Positions 55,263 to 55,929 of a stretch of 55,929 bases of DNA are shown here, one piece after another. The position numbers and the translations under genes were made by a program. Position 1 is the first letter of the stretch. The number at the start of each line of letters is the position of its first letter. The stretch is taken from positions 1-55,929 of IMG/VR virus record IMGVR_UViG_3300050119_000489, one strand, 5' to 3'. Origin of the DNA: a virus (lineage: Duplodnaviria; Caudoviricetes). The notes under the pieces are model-generated. The model saw only the letters and a list, made by a program, of their open reading frames with translations. It ran no database searches and was not told the DNA's origin.

Positions 55263-55748
55263 GTGGAAGACAACATTCCGAGACCGGATCCGTCCGACAG
55301 GACCATAGAGGCGATTAGGAACGCAATTCTAGGATTGCGTGAGCTTCTTGGAATGCAGATGTGCGGGATCGAATCCAGCATCGGGCAGCATTTTAAGAAC
55401 ATCGAAAAGCAGCTCGCCGATAGTGCAACTAGGATTGCTCTTGACAATGCCACTTCGAGGGAAGCGGTCGCCGTCGCGCTTGCTGGCGTGTTGGAGGCAG
55501 CCAACGAACGAACCATAAAGTTTGAAGCCTTAGAACGCCGTGTCGCCGCGCTTGAACTCGCTATATCGCAGGCGGGAGGTAGGTCGCTTGGTACATCGCT
55601 TTTCGGAAGCACCGTTGTTCAAGCGTCGGTCGTTATTTCTGTGGTGGTGGGTATCATTGCGCTGATTTTAACGTGGCAGAATAGCAGCAGATTGGCGACG
55701 GCTGATATACCGGGCAGCATGTATTTGAAGCAGCATAACAGTCCATAG
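55263..55748 (+). CDS. Coiled-coil protein with C-terminal TM helix
   Basis: P.PDPS..T start, coiled coil, VVISVVVGIIALIL. Confidence 0.7.
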   Translation: MEDNIPRPDPSDRTIEAIRNAILGLRELLGMQMCGIESSIGQHFKNIEKQLADSATRIALDNATSREAVAVALAGVLEAANERTIKFEALERRVAALELAISQAGGRSLGTSLFGSTVVQASVVISVVVGIIALILTWQNSSRLATADIPGSMYLKQHNSP

Positions 55749-55764
55749 CTAGAGGATCGCTCTC

Positions 55765-55929
55765 ATGGTCATCATTATCATCATCGTTCTGTTGATTCTC
55801 GCGTTCGGTGGCCTGCCGCAGATCGGCGGCGGCTTTGGTTATAACCATGGATACGGCTACTATCCGTCAGGCGGACTCGGACTGATCATTGTCGTGCTGA
55901 TTATCTTGGTGCTGCTCGGACGCTTTTGA
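55765..55929 (+). CDS. DUF3309-family small membrane protein
   Basis: Not in ORF track; MVIIIIIVLLILAFGGLP...GYGYYPSGGLGLIIVVLIILVLLGRF; GAGGA RBS. Confidence 0.88.
   Translation: MVIIIIIVLLILAFGGLPQIGGGFGYNHGYGYYPSGGLGLIIVVLIILVLLGRF

Larger units (their letters stand above)
1..55929 (+). mobile_element. Temperate myovirus-type phage/prophage (partial; integrase and att ends outside the window)
   Basis: Contiguous lambdoid order cI/cro - replication - terminase - portal - capsid - sheath/tube - baseplate - fibres - lysis across the entire window. Confidence 0.97.

Overview
The whole window is most of a temperate myovirus-type (contractile-tail) phage or prophage genome, very probably from an Alphaproteobacterium (GcrA, GapR-like, DUF6362 and DUF3309 genes, high GC; the host assignment is inference). 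Gene order is lambdoid: partial leftward pentapeptide-repeat gene; cI/cro switch with five TTACC-N5-GGTAA operators; rightward early/replication region (GapR-like, RuvC-like, DnaA-C-terminal HTH, SF2 helicase plus DNA methyltransferase, GcrA, Gp88-like Fe-S/ParB fusion, intein-containing DnaB, HerA/HTH chimera, replication initiator with 12-bp-phased iterons, DUF6362); packaging and head; contractile tail with -1 frameshift chaperone and PAAR baseplate; two fibre cassettes; and an expanded lysis/envelope region with four predicted hydrolases. No integrase, att site, tRNA, rRNA, CRISPR array or reverse transcriptase was seen. Best candidates for something new: a pseudoknot/anti-SD RNA switch before the major capsid gene, the helicase-MTase-GcrA-Gp88/ParB module, a paralogous gene pair bracketing terminase-portal, a leaderless membrane-anchored GIY-YIG moron, and a fibre built from about 34 Glu-phased 14-aa repeats. 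All family calls come from motif recognition by eye; no database searches were run.
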